DNA from: Octopus vulgaris
Taxonomy: Eukaryota
Direction of reading: 5' to 3'
Length of the DNA stretch: 64,000 bases
Assembly (NCBI GenBank): GCA_951406725.2
Contig: OX597842.1
Span: 19,840,001 to 19,904,000, forward strand
Part shown: positions 51,957-64,000 of the stretch, one piece after another
Layout of the letters: every line of letters begins with the position of its first letter
Position numbering within the stretch: position 1 is the first letter of the stretch
Translations under genes and position numbers: made by a program
Notes under the pieces: model-generated
Seen by the model: the letters and a program-made list of their open reading frames with translations, nothing else
What the model was told of the DNA's origin: nothing
Database searches by the model: none

Positions 51957-52879
51957 AAGTGTCTCTTTTTACCTATCTTCATATTTTCGTTGTTTATTGT
52001 CAATGTAGATATTACTGCAAGCTTCGAATTCATTCAGAAGTTCTTGTCTGAGAAACAAAGACCTTTACAGCAGACACAGGTTTTGCTGCTCCTCTTGGGT
52101 CCTGGGGAATCCTGGTAATTGTTCTGTGCACGTGTATGCCATGGAAGGCATGGGGGAATTCCTTTCCAGAAAGTTCCATTATCATCATCATCATCGTTTA
52201 ACGTCTGTTTTCCATGCTAGCATGGGTTGGATGGTTCAACTGGGGTCTGGGAAGCCAGGAGGCTGCACCAGGCTCCAGTTTGATCTGGCAGTGTTTCTAT
52301 AGCTGGATGCCCTTCCTAATGCCAACCACTCCGTGGGTGTAGTAGGTGCTTTTAATGTGTCACCGGCACAGAAGCCAGTCAAGGCAGCGCTAGCAACGGC
52401 CACGATCGGATGGTGCTTTTTACATGCCACCGCCACGGAGGCCAGTCAGGGCGGCGCTGGCTACGGCCACGTTCGGATGGTTCCCTTACGTGCCACCGAC
52501 ACTGGTATCACAGCTACAAATTCCATTGATGTTGATCGATTGCAATTTTGATTTGCCCCAAAAATGTTTTTCTCTGTTCCTGGAAGTCTGCTGTTCATCT
52601 TCATCATCAGCTTCTTCCCTTCCTTCTAAAGAATCATCTGGTGAAGTCTGCAACATGCCATCTGCTTCAGTTCCTCCCTCATCATCTCATATTTCTTCCT
52701 CAGCTTTACTCTCTTCTTTTGGAAGCAATTTCTTGTCTTACGATCTTTTGACCTGGGGCACAACGAGCATCTTTTTATGGAATCTTCATGATAACATCTT
52801 AGAGGTACCAGGTTCAATTCTCTTCATTTGGTTCTTCGTCAAGAAATGATTCTCATTCTTCTATGTCTAATTCAAGTCT

Positions 52880-53437
52880 TCAAGTTTTCTACTCTATGGC
52901 TCAGAAACCTGGATGTTATCAAAGAAGCTTGAGAGGCGGTTGGATGGAACCTACACTCGCCTCCTTATGAGAGCTCAAAATCTCTTGTGGAAGCGTCATC
53001 CAACCAAAGTACATATATATGGGAAATTACCACCCGTGTCATCTCTTGTAAAAGGTAGAAGAGTCCAGTTTGCTGGACATTGTTGTAGAGCTGAAAACGA
53101 GGTAATTTCTGCTCTTCTCCTCTGGAAGCCATCTACTCATAATACCAGAGGGTGCACACTCTCCTACCCTGATGTAATCTCCAGGGATACAGGCATCCAG
53201 CAACAGGACCTCTGTAATGCCATGATGGACCGTGAAGTCTGGTGTAGCATGGTAAATTCCATTGTCTCGACCACAGTCGCGATACCAGAGGGCGCACACT
53301 CTCCTACTCTGATGTAATCTCCAGGGATACAGGCATCCAGCAACAGGACCTCCGTAATGCTATGATGGACTGTGAAGTCTGGCGTAGCATGGTAAATTCC
53401 ATTGTCTTGACCACGGTCAAACAATGATGATGATGAT
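52880..53437 (+). mobile_element. RTE-clade LINE 3' end with an internal ~140-bp duplication and a (TGA)n tail
   Basis: LERRLDGTYTRLLMRA...RRVQFAGHC.R...LLLWKP. ATACCAGAGGG...GACCAC repeats at ~53142 and ~53282. Confidence 0.8.
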
Positions 53438-54911
53438 GTCTAATTCTCTCCCAATTTTGCCATTTGTCTGTCGTAGTTCACTGTGGTGGAAGCACTCCAT
53501 CGGTTACGACGACGAGGGTTCCGATTGATCCGAATCAACGGAACAGCCTGCTCGTGAAATTAACGTGTAAGTGGCTGAGCACTCCACAGACACGTGTACC
53601 CTTAAGGTAGGTCTCGGGGATATTCAGCGTGACACAGAGAGTGACAAGGCCGGCCCTTTGAAATACAGGTGCAACAGATACAGGAAGTAAGAGTGAGAGA
53701 AAGTTGTGGTGAAAGAGTACAGCAGGGATCACCACCATCCCTGCCGGAGCCTTGTGGAGCTTTAGGTGTTTTCGCTCAATAAACACTCACAACGCCCGGT
53801 CTGGGAATCGAAACCGCGATCCTACGACTGCGAGTCCACTACCCTAACCACTGGGCCATTGCACCTCCACTGTTCGCTGTGAACCTGAAAGGAAAGATTT
53901 TGCACCTTTTATGGCATTCACAAACATCCATTAACACAAAAAAACGTTGGACACTTGACAATAATTTATAATTTTATGCAAGAAATAATTAGCGTTTCAG
54001 ATATAAAAATAAATAAACAATTATACAGAAAAAGAAATAAAATCGCAAAAGGTCCTTGACTTGCTTAAAGAAAACAACTTCCAGGCCAGATTCCCGAAGC
54101 AGTAGGAATTGTGGGGCCAGTGTACAAATCCTAAACCAAAAGAAACACAAACAGGAGGTGCAGCAAGTACCCTTATAGGGATCACCGAACGCATTCTGTA
54201 AGGCAAGGCGCCAACAATGGTAAGAACTTCACTGTGGCAAATGTCACAGGTGGAAGAAATGGTTCACACTTCATTTCCTATTCTTAAGGATTTTGTTCTT
54301 GTTGGCTACGGAAGCAGTGACCCTTTGATTATAATTGAAGATATTTATGCTAAAGCAATGGGTATACATATGCAAATGTACCCCACCGACTTTGTTTCTT
54401 CATAACTTCTGGAAAAATGGGTATTTTTAAATGAAAATTTTGAGAAATACCTTTAAGAAAGTGTAGATTGCAATTATATTGGAATAGCACACGTTGGTGG
54501 GACACCACACACACACATACACATCACATTCTTTTGCATTCTAAGATTCAGTCAAAATTTTCAAATTTGGAATATTCATGTAATTTTCCATGCTGAATCT
54601 GCTACCGCTCACTTTTTCTGGACATAATTTTTTAAAAAGTGGACCTTTTCTGTTTGTGTTTTTCCCTTCAGCTCCTTCGGTTTCAAATTTATTGATTTCG
54701 AGTTTAGTGTATTGATGTAGTTTTGTCTGTTAATTATATAAATGAAATTAGTTGTTGTCCTAAGTTGATAAATATACAGTTAATAGCTTTTAAGATTTTT
54801 AAACTCCCAGTAAAAGACGGAGCAGAGTTTTGGAAAAAATATTGCTAAAATATGGATATAATTTATTTAAAAAAACCAACTATGCCAATGCAGTCAGTGA
54901 AAGTCTTATTA

Positions 54912-56192
54912 TCATCATCATCATCATCATCATCATCATTTAACGTCCGCCTTCCATGCTAGCATGGGTTGGACGGTTCAACTGGGGTCTGGGGAGCCCG
55001 AAAGCTGCACCAGTCCAGTCAGATCTGGCAGTGTTTCTACAGCTGGATGCCCTTCCTAACGCCAACCACTCCGAGAGTGTAGTGGGTGATTTTATGTGCC
55101 ACCGACACAGGTGCCAGACGAGGCTGGCAAACGGCCACGCTCGGATGATGTTTTTTATGTGCCACCGACACAGGTGCCAGACGAGGCTGGCAGACGGCCA
55201 CGCTCGGATGGTGTTTTTATGTGCCACCGACACAGGAGCCAGATGAGGCTGGCAAACGGCCACGATCGGATGGTGCTTGTTACGTGCCCACAGCACGGAG
55301 GCCAGTCGATGCGGTACTGGCTACGGCCATGTTCGGATGGTTTTCTTGTGTGCCACGTGCCACCGGCACTGGTACCACAAAGATACAAATTCCATTGATG
55401 TTCATCTATTTTGATTTGTTTTGATTTTCACTTGCCTCAACAGGTCTTCACAAGTGTCACAAGAAGGAAGGTATGCACAGGCGGACTGACTACGTCCCAG
55501 GTAGGGACCATGGGTTATGGCCTGACTAGTCTTGCCGGGTCTTCGGATGGTGTTTTTATGTGCCACCGACACAGGTGCTAGATGAGGCTAGCGAACGGCC
55601 ACGATCGGATGGTGTTTGTCATGTGCCCACAGCACGGAGGCCAGTCGATGCGGTACTGGCTACGGCCACTTTCGGATGGTTTTCTCTTGTGTGCCACCGG
55701 CACTGGTACCACGAAGATACAAATTCCATTGATGTTCATCTATTTTGATTTGTTTTGATTTGATTTTGATTTTCACTTGCCTCAACAGGCCTTCACAAGT
55801 ATCACAAGGAGGAAGGTATGCACAGGTGGACTGACTACGTCCCAGGTAGGGGCCATGGTTTATGGCCTGACTAGTCTTGCCGGGTCTTCGGATGGTGTTT
55901 TTATGTGCCACCGACACAGGTGCTAGATGAGGCTGGCGACGTCCCAGGTAGGGGCCATGGTTTATGGCCTGACTAGTCTTGCCGGGTCTTCGGATGGTGT
56001 TTTTATGTGCCACCGACACAGGTGCTAGATGAGGCTGGCGAACGGCCACGATTGGATGGTGTTTGTTGTGCCCACAGCACGATGGCCAGTGATGCGGTAC
56101 TGACTACCGAATTATTTCTTCTTTCCAGACATCAGTTGAACCGTCCAACCCATGCTAGCATGGAAAGCAGATGCTAAACGATGATGATGATG
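54912..56192 (-). repeat. SINE-derived complex tandem repeat bracketed by inverted SINE tails
   Basis: TTTTATGTGCCACCGACACAGGTGC subunit recurs about 6 times, with a larger duplication. CCATGCTAGCATGGGTTGGACGGTTCAACTG at ~54954 is inverted at ~56133-56163. Confidence 0.75.
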
Positions 56193-56228
56193 AAAAGAAC
56201 ACAAATTGTAGTGTTCTTATACTGATGT

Positions 56229-56362
56229 TTATTTTGTAAAATATTTATAGCCAAAGAAAGCGAGTCCGACAAGGATTGCAGCAAGGATCAGTGAGCCAAA
56301 AATGATTCCGACAATCTCAAGTATACTGTAGGTTTTTGGTTTAGGAGGTTCAGGTTTCGGAT
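56229..56362 (-). CDS. Gene B: terminal exon with Pro/Lys stalk, transmembrane helix and 6-aa tail
   Basis: ttgtttgtcaattgcag|AT, then (N)PKPEPPKPKTYSILEIVGIIFGSLILAAILVGLAFFGYKYFTK*; phase matches the Ig exon donor. Confidence 0.85.
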
Positions 56363-57596
56363 CTGCAATTGACAAACAATAAAATATATACCTTTTGTTT
56401 TTAATAAAAAATAGTAATATCTCCCAAGCTTGACCATTTTCATACTAAACTATTAAAAAATACTTTCGTTTCTATTATACATATTCCATTTCAAAGTGAT
56501 CTAAAGGAAAAGTCCCCATCAAAATTTCCAGTAACACTATGTTGCACACATGAGCTTGGTTATATAAAGCCTTGTGAGTGGATTTGGTAGACGAAAACTG
56601 AAAGAAGCCCGTCGTATATATGTGTGTGTTTGTGTGTCTGTTTGTCCCCCTAGCATTGCTTGACAACCGATGCTGGGGTGTCTACGTCCCCGTTACTTAG
56701 CGGTTCAGCAAGAGAACCAATTTGGTAGATGGAAACTGAAAGAAGCCCGTCGTATATATGTGTGTGTTTGTGTGGCTGTTTGTCCTCCAAACATCGCTTG
56801 ACAACCGTTGCTGGTTTGTCTACATCCCCGTTACTTAGTGGTTCGGCAAAAGAGAACTCATAGAATAAGTACAAAGAATAAATCCTGGGGTTGATTTGCT
56901 CGACTAAAGGCGGTGCTCCAGCATGGCCACAGTAAAAATGACTGAAACAAGTAAAAAGAGAAAGATAATATAACCTCCACACACACACACCTTGGTATTG
57001 ACCCCCTCATCCTTTGCCCTTGTGGCAAATAAAAGAAACCCTTATATACAACTATCAACTGAGTCCATTGTGAAGATGGCCCCTCTACTTTCCTTCAACC
57101 AGGAAGGGCAACCAGTTTTTATCTGCTCGGGGCCCATGGCAAAAGGGATCATATAGTGGACATGTCTGAAAGGGCTGAAGACCAGCAACTGCCATTTTGT
57201 CAAAACCCTAATAAACTTTATCAGGTTTCACTTGAAGAGGAAAATCAGGGTGGAGAGGTAAGTGCTGGCTTCCAAGCAGTTTGTTGAAAGGTGGGTGAGA
57301 GAGGTGAGCATTACCTGAGTGAATGGGCCTTCTCTTAGAGTGTACCTGTATATTGGAGAGGAAAGACTGGGAGAGGGTATCCACCCTGGTGGTCAGGGAG
57401 ACCTTGGATTTACTGGGCTTTCGTAACGCGTAGCCCTTGAAAGTGCCCCCAAACTATCAGGGATCTTACTTTGACTTTCTTTTATTCTTTGTATGACTTT
57501 TTACATGCTAAAACCCACACTGGACCCTCCCGAATGTTTTCCTTTGTGTTAGCCCTCTGTGGTTAATAAAGAAATTATTATAAATCATTTCCTTAC

Positions 57597-57845
57597 TCTT
57601 TATCTCCAAATAAATGTCTGCAGCTTTAAGGTTGTCATCATTAAATCTCCAAATCGAACATTTCTTAGTTACTTTTCTGATCCAAAGCGTGGAGGTATCT
57701 CCACTATGTGTTACTTTATAGTCAGTGCCGTTAGCGCATGTTCTGTCACATTCATATTTATAATTCTGGCACTTCCAAACCACCGGTCGTTTCATATTAG
57801 GTATTGTTATCGAAAGGGTGAGGTTTCTATTGAGCACAGCAGGTC
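57597..57845 (-). CDS. Gene B: Ig-like domain exon (249 nt, phase 1-1)
   Basis: tttcag|GA ... A|gtaagg. Translates (G)PAVLNRNLTLSITIPNMKRPVVWKCQNYKYECDRTCANGTDYKVTHSGDTSTLWIRKVTKKCSIWRFNDDNLKAADIYLEIK. Confidence 0.87.
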
Positions 57846-58294
57846 CTGAAATAAAGAAATCAGTTAAGAAGTTTGCTTCCAAATCACATGGTCCTGGGTT
57901 CAGTCCCACTACACAGCACCTTGGGAAAGTGTCTTCTACTACAGCATCAACCTTGTGAGTGGATTTGGTAGATGGAAATTGAAAGAAGCCCATTGTATGT
58001 ATATGTGTGTGTGTGTATGTGTGAGTGTGTGCGTGTGTATGTATGACTGGCAGTGTGAAGCGGCTGACCTCCCTTGTTCGAAGGTTATAATGGACACAGT
58101 TTGTGTGTCAAATAGCTAGCTTGAGGCGATGGCCTCTTGGAACTAATCATCGACAGCTTTAGTCTTATATCTATAGGACTGCCATATTAATATGGCGATA
58201 ACAATTAATTTCCAGTAACGCTGCCGTAATCTCTTTTAGAGAGACTTAGTAATTTTAATATTTCTATTATATATATATATATATATATATAAGA

Positions 58295-59587
58295 GCAACT
58301 TACCAAGGAATGTCATACCGAGTCTTGCAGGGAAACGGAGCTACAGATAAATTTGAAGTAAAAACAGGAGTTCGACAGGGCTGTATCCTTACTCCCTTTT
58401 TATTTCTATTAGTTATAGATTGGATTATGAAGGAAACTACGATTGAAAGCCAAACAAGCATTGAATGGACGGATGTGGAAGCTGTAGAAGATCTCGACTT
58501 TGCAGATGATATAGCGCTGCTTTCATAAACATAGCCAAATGCAAAATAAAATATCAAAATTAGAAGCAATAGCTGCCAAAGTAGGATTGAAAGTCAACCT
58601 CAAATCAATAATTATGCACGTTAATGAAGTAAACATTGAATGTATTCAACTAGAAACTGGTGAACTGAAGGATGTAGCCGAGTTTATGTATTCAGGTAGT
58701 AAGATAACGTTTTCAGGTGGCACCGACGAAGATATTAAGGTGAGAATAAGTAAGGCAAGGACCGTTTTTCACCTGTTAAAGAAAGTATGGAGCGCAAGTG
58801 TAATTTCAATAAACAACAAAATAACCTCTCGAAAGAGCTGTTCTTCACTCCTGCTCCAGAGCGTCGGCTGCGGGGTCACTCCGAAAAGCTCTATCTGCGA
58901 CGATTTCATCTCAATCGAAGGAGAGTGGCCTTCTCCGTCCGATTTGCGGATCCGTGGAATAAGCTGCCGGACGAGATAGTGAAGATGCCGACGACCGCTC
59001 GGTTCAAAGTCTCCCTTGACCACAAATGGCCTGAACTCTTTGCATGAACACCACCCTGTACATAACTCCATGTTCCCCTACATGGCCTTTTGCTGTTTGC
59101 TTTTTGAGCCCAAAAATTAACTTAACTTAAGTTAAGAATTTTTAACACTAACGTAAAAGTGGTGTTATTGTATGGGGCTGAGACATGGCAAACAACAGTC
59201 AAGTCAAATAAGCAAATACAATCATTCATCAACAGATGCTTGCGTAGTATACTTAAAATTAGATGGCCCCAACACACACGCAATATGGAGCTATGGCAAT
59301 GAACAAATCAAGTTTTGATTAGGGAGCAAATATTTAAGAAAAGGAGGAAGTGGATTGGTAGCACAATTAGAAAAGACACACTAAATGTAGTGAAAAGTGC
59401 TTTAAAGTGGAAACCGGTTGGATATAGAAAGAAAGGTAGGCCTAAGAACTCGTGGCATAGATCAACACAAAAGGAACTAGAGAAAGGAGGACATTCATGG
59501 CAGAGTATAAGTACAGAGGCGAAATATTATGCAACATGGAATTCAATTATGAGTGGCCTATACTCCACGTTGGAGGGTCAAATGTAG
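58295..59587 (+). mobile_element. Disrupted RTE LINE fragment (longest copy)
   Basis: KTGVRQGCILTPFLF and DLDFADDIALLS reverse-transcriptase motifs; same nested CR1-like insert. Confidence 0.88.
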
Positions 59588-59606
59588 GAAACAAGAATAT
59601 ATTTAC

Positions 59607-59645
59607 CACTTTGGGTGATCTTGTAAATGTTTGCACTTGAGAAAC
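59607..59645 (-). CDS. Gene B: 39-nt exon (CFSSANIYKITQS-G)
   Basis: cttttacag|GT...G|gtaaat; identical to 3996-4034. Confidence 0.82.
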
Positions 59646-61363
59646 CTGTAAAAGATGAAAACAAAACTTTTTGATTTTAAGATGAAATAATTCAAAACAA
59701 TGTGAATAAATGAACACTATATTTCACAGTAATTTGATTGCTAAATGATTAAACCAGCAATATCCGTTTTATGTTCTAAGTGGCCGGGTCCAGCCCCTCA
59801 CACCTACCCTACAATGTCAGTCTAAAAATAAACAATCACATCATCAAAATGTCAAAACTACAAAATAAAGAATGATTAATTCAAAAACCAAGACTAAATG
59901 AGCATTACATTAAACGAAATAAACTGATTGCTAACGAGTTAAAGTAGCCATACCTGGCACAAAGATTCTACCTGTTTCGTGTTTAAACTGGTAATGGGTC
60001 ATCCTTTTACACCTGTCTTACAATGTCATTCTAAAAATGAACAGACAAGGACTGCTATGTAAAGAAGTGCTGATCTCTAACTGTGGAGGCAATCTGTGGA
60101 AGAGGTGGACCCTGGAAGGTGCAGGACAAAACGGTGGAACATGAGGGCTTTGGATGTTGAGGCTGACATGTATTGATAAGTGACTGTGATTTCTGGGGAT
60201 TTGCTCTTCTTCAGAAGATATGTCAAGCTAATGGAAATCAAGGATGTGGCCAGTGTCGGTAATTAGTAAAAGGCACCTGTGCCAGTGACGTGTAATTTAT
60301 AAATCTTTCATCAAAACTTTATTGAGAATTTTCAAAATGTGCTCCATCGGCACAATGGAAATTTCAAATGTATCTGTAGACTTGTGAAACCAATTTGGAA
60401 GTATTTGAGGAGTTTATCTTCTGCACTGCCAACTGAATGCATTCTTTAAGTTCAGCTAAAAGATTGCTCCATCTGGGGCATTGTGGTAAAGAAATTAATT
60501 GCAATCATATTGAAAAAAGCTGTCATGGACAGATAAGGAATGAAAATAAAATTATAAACAAAATTAAAAATTTAATCACTTAACATTTATTAAATATGTG
60601 AAGCAGAAACAAAAAGGACCTTTAAAAAAAAAAGGGTCCATTTTCACTGAAATGGATAATCAATTCTGGGACAGTCTGTATTGAAAACACTTAGCCCTAC
60701 TCAAATGACCCTACACTCTGAAATCTTTACCAAGAACAAAGTCCATGGGGTAAAGAGTGGCTATAAGGGGAATCCAGGTGGGCAGATATGGAGATAACGA
60801 TGTAAATAAACAAATAAAACTGAGTGGGTTAGATATACATCCATGCGTACACGTTAATAGAGAGGAAGCAAAGACTGAAAAATTTCAGACGGAGAATATT
60901 CAAGCATCAGAAATCTGAATTAAATATTAACAGAGCAAACTTACACAGACTAGAAAGGCACAGAAAATCAAAGGGGAGAATGTATGGTGTTACAGCTCCT
61001 TTCTTGGGGATTGGGCTTACTTCATTGTTGGTAGATGTACCATCCATACTCACAAATAGGTCTCACTTTTTTTTCACCAAAAATTTAGATAAAAATCAAG
61101 GGTACAACCTATCCAATAGATATCACAGGGATCTGAAGTGGTGTATCGGTTGTCCATGGCATACCCTGGACCTGGGCTTTTCAGTTTTAAAATTGTTATG
61201 GAAACTTTTCTGCAATGTTTACTAGAAAGCAGAAACTGGAAGTTTGGTATTTGGTATTTTTTGACATCCAGTCACCCCAATCTTTAGTTTAAAAATTTTA
61301 ATAATTGCAAACCCTACTTACAAGTTATGGAAAAAAATTAAATAAAATATAAATAAAACTTAC

Positions 61364-61409
61364 AGAGAAATGTTACAAACAAACAGTAGAACAAGATCCA
61401 TTTAGCCAT
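61364..61409 (-). CDS. Gene B: start/signal-peptide exon MAKWILFYCLFVTFL (+1 nt)
   Basis: ttttttcag|atcATG...CTCT|gtaagt. The four exons sum to 46+39+249+134 = 468 nt, i.e. 155 aa plus stop. Confidence 0.85.
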
Positions 61410-64000
61410 GATCTGAAAAAATAAATTTCAAAATTTGCAAAATAACAAAGTTTATAACCCAGGGTCCGAAGCTGGTCAGGCTGAGAAAAACAAACAGTCA
61501 CAATATCATCAGTCACTCTTTAATAGATTTGTGGTCGAGCCTGTGGCATTGGAGATCTTATTCTTAACTATTTCGAATACTATAGAACGCTGTACAGTAG
61601 AGACAAGTGCAGTTTGAACTTGCACAAACACTTTTTGCTACAGCATTTTCACGTCAAAATAAACGTTTTCTGAAGAAAATTCTAAATCATTTGAAACTAT
61701 GAACATTCTTTTTACTCTTTACTCTTTTACTTGTTTCAGTCATTTGACTGTGGCCATGCTGGAGCACCGCCTTTAGTCGAGCAAATCGACCCCGGGACTT
61801 ATTCTTTGTAAACCCAGTACTTATTCTATCGGTCTCTTTTGCCGAACTGCTAAGTGACGGGGACGTAAACATACCAGCATCGGTTGTGAAGCAATGCTAG
61901 GGGGACAAACACAGACACACACATACATATATATATATACATATATATGAAAGGCTTCTTTCAGTTTCCGTCTACCAAATCCACTCACAAGGCATTGGTC
62001 AGCCCGGGGCTATAGCAGAAGACACTTGCCCAAGATGCCACGCAGTGGGACTGAACCCGGAACCATGTGGTTGGTAAGCAAGCTACTTACCACACAGCCA
62101 CTCCTGCGCCTTCTTGTATAGTTTTTCTGAAAATCCAACAGTTACAGATCATGTCAGGTTCCCTGAAACTCCATGGTATTTCCTCGCATTTACAAACTTT
62201 TATTTTTTTTCTTGGACTGTTGAATGACAACCCACGTTCTAGTTCAATGCACTCAAGCACCATAACTCATGTTGCATTCAAAAATCATGCGTCCCCAAAG
62301 TCCATCCCCTTCTCACCGTGGTGGGGACACTGGCAACGGGTAGTGTCAGAGCTATGCTGTCGGGAACTTCGGTTCCTTGTAGGGCCACCCAAGGCAGTTT
62401 GGTCTGACACCGAGTGGTATTAGGCCCACAACCCGGCAGACGGGGCTCTGGTGAAAATCCTCGGAGTGTCTGTTTCAGCAACTGGTGGCTCCTCGGTCTT
62501 TGGGTTGTCTCTCTCTCTCTCTCCACATCTCCTAATGAGTTTGCAGTAAGCTTCAGATATTGATAGAGTCTTGAATTTACATTTTTAATGCTTAAAATAA
62601 GGAATTAGTTTTCACATTTTGTTTGTTCTTTAATCTATGTCTACATGTAATTCTGTGAAAGGTACACAGTGTCTGTGTGATATGCAAGACACAACAGCTA
62701 AATCTCCCTCATATCACCCATCTTTTCATGTGAAAATCACACATCCTTTCATTTCACCAAGAAAAAATAAAAAAAACAGTAGAAATTACATTTAAATATT
62801 TTCAAAAATTCATGGTGACACCTATTTCAGGTGGTACCCTCTAAATTAAAACTACATACAAAAAAAGATAATATAACGATTTTTATTGAGGAAAATTTTT
62901 GGAAAGAAATCTTTTTGGAATGGTGGGTTTATGGTCGAGTGTGCACATTGGAGACCTCTGGCACCCTAGGGCCCTCAGCTGTATCCCTGCTCACAGCTAT
63001 CGGGCAGAAATGGCTACCTGCATGTGCAAGCCCTGTGGGTCTCCATTGCCCTCCTCTAGGGCAACTCCTTTTCTATTTTGTCTGCTGGGACCATGAGGTG
63101 GTCTGAATTACAACAAATTTTACGTTCCATTCCTTAACCCTTTCATTACCATATTTCTGTTGAGATGCTCTGTGTTTCTTTCAATTAATTTTAAATATAA
63201 CAAAGAATTTAGAAAAATAACTTAGTTATCATTAAGCTTGTGTTAGGAACATAAATTGTGACTAAGGTTTGGTGGAAGATTTGAATTCAAAACTTAAGAA
63301 AACAAGACATTTGTACTACAGAACTAGAGAAGGTTTCGGTCAGGTTGGTAACAAAAGGGTTAATGTAAAATTTGAAGAGACAGATTTAAACTTTGCACTG
63401 TTTCCGCCTCCTCCCCCTTTTTTTTTTAGTTTTATCAATTACTATACAACACTAAAGCAACTGCATTTTTTGTCTCTTTCTTTCTTCTTGCTGAATGAAA
63501 ACAAATACCGAATTACAGGTATTTGTATAATTGTGGCCTTCCAGGTAGAATCCTGGTTTAAACAGTCCTTATAATTTCAGAAAATTTTTGCAACACACAC
63601 AAATTAATATAATTATTGAAAAGACAGCATGGTGTTTCACTTTCTGGATCATAAAATGAAATATCATCTTAATTATTAATTTAAGAGAATCAGTATCAGA
63701 AAATAGCATATCGATATATTACTGATGTTCACCTTAATTTTACGAAATAATCTTTAATATATATCTTGTGTTTTTATTACAATACAATCCAATATTTACA
63801 ACAGAATCTCTTCTATTTGGACAAACCTTATAGTTGTGGCTTGATGCAATGGGAAGTTTCAAAAACCAACTGGGAAATACAAACAACGAAAAGAACTTAG
63901 TTTCTGAAAGAAAAAAATAAAAGATATTATTTTTTAGAATTTTACTGAAAATGTACTGAATTTTTAAAAAATTCAAAAAGTAAAAAGGTTATGAGTGGTC

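Larger units (their letters stand above)
48960..52870 (-). mobile_element. Fragmented piggyBac transposase of a second family, interrupted by several SINEs
   Basis: KPAKYGIKIFLLADAKTFY (~50430-50550), GRNITMDNWFTS, FYNITKGGV..VDQLCSMY..SRNTRCWPVTVFF (49365-50042), Cys-rich C-terminal remnant (~48960-49148) and acidic N-terminal remnant (~52560-52710). Confidence 0.85.
56700..64000. repeat. Segmental duplicate of the gene A region (~5870-14728), direct orientation
   Basis: Colinear SINE, Tx1 remnant, exons, RTE and introns. The window end GGTTATGAGTGGTC matches ~14728, an offset of ~49.3 kb. Confidence 0.93.

Overview
AT-rich, repeat-dense eukaryotic DNA; the SINE families and the CDICGKSF/HTGEKPY zinc-finger style suggest an octopus or other coleoid cephalopod (inference). 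The ORF track misses the most interesting content. Two paralogous, spliced, minus-strand genes encode a small type-I membrane protein with a non-canonical Ig-like domain. Gene B (56229-61409) is complete: signal-peptide exon, 39-nt exon, 249-nt Ig-like exon and TM exon, 155 aa. Gene A (from 12165 leftwards past base 1) has one signal exon followed by tandemly duplicated phase-1 [39-nt + 249-nt] cassettes. Between copies, these exons are more diverged than their introns. The ~49 kb between the paralogs holds a core-histone cluster (H2B/H2A, H3/H4, second H2B/H2A, no H1), two tandem C2H2 zinc-finger genes (one frameshifted) and decayed piggyBac, RTE, CR1-like and Tx1-like elements. It also holds MITEs, Helitron-like pieces, SINE-head arrays and a ~0.9 kb TA-rich microsatellite. 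Several inverted-repeat elements across the window carry degenerate minimal hammerhead-ribozyme motifs.
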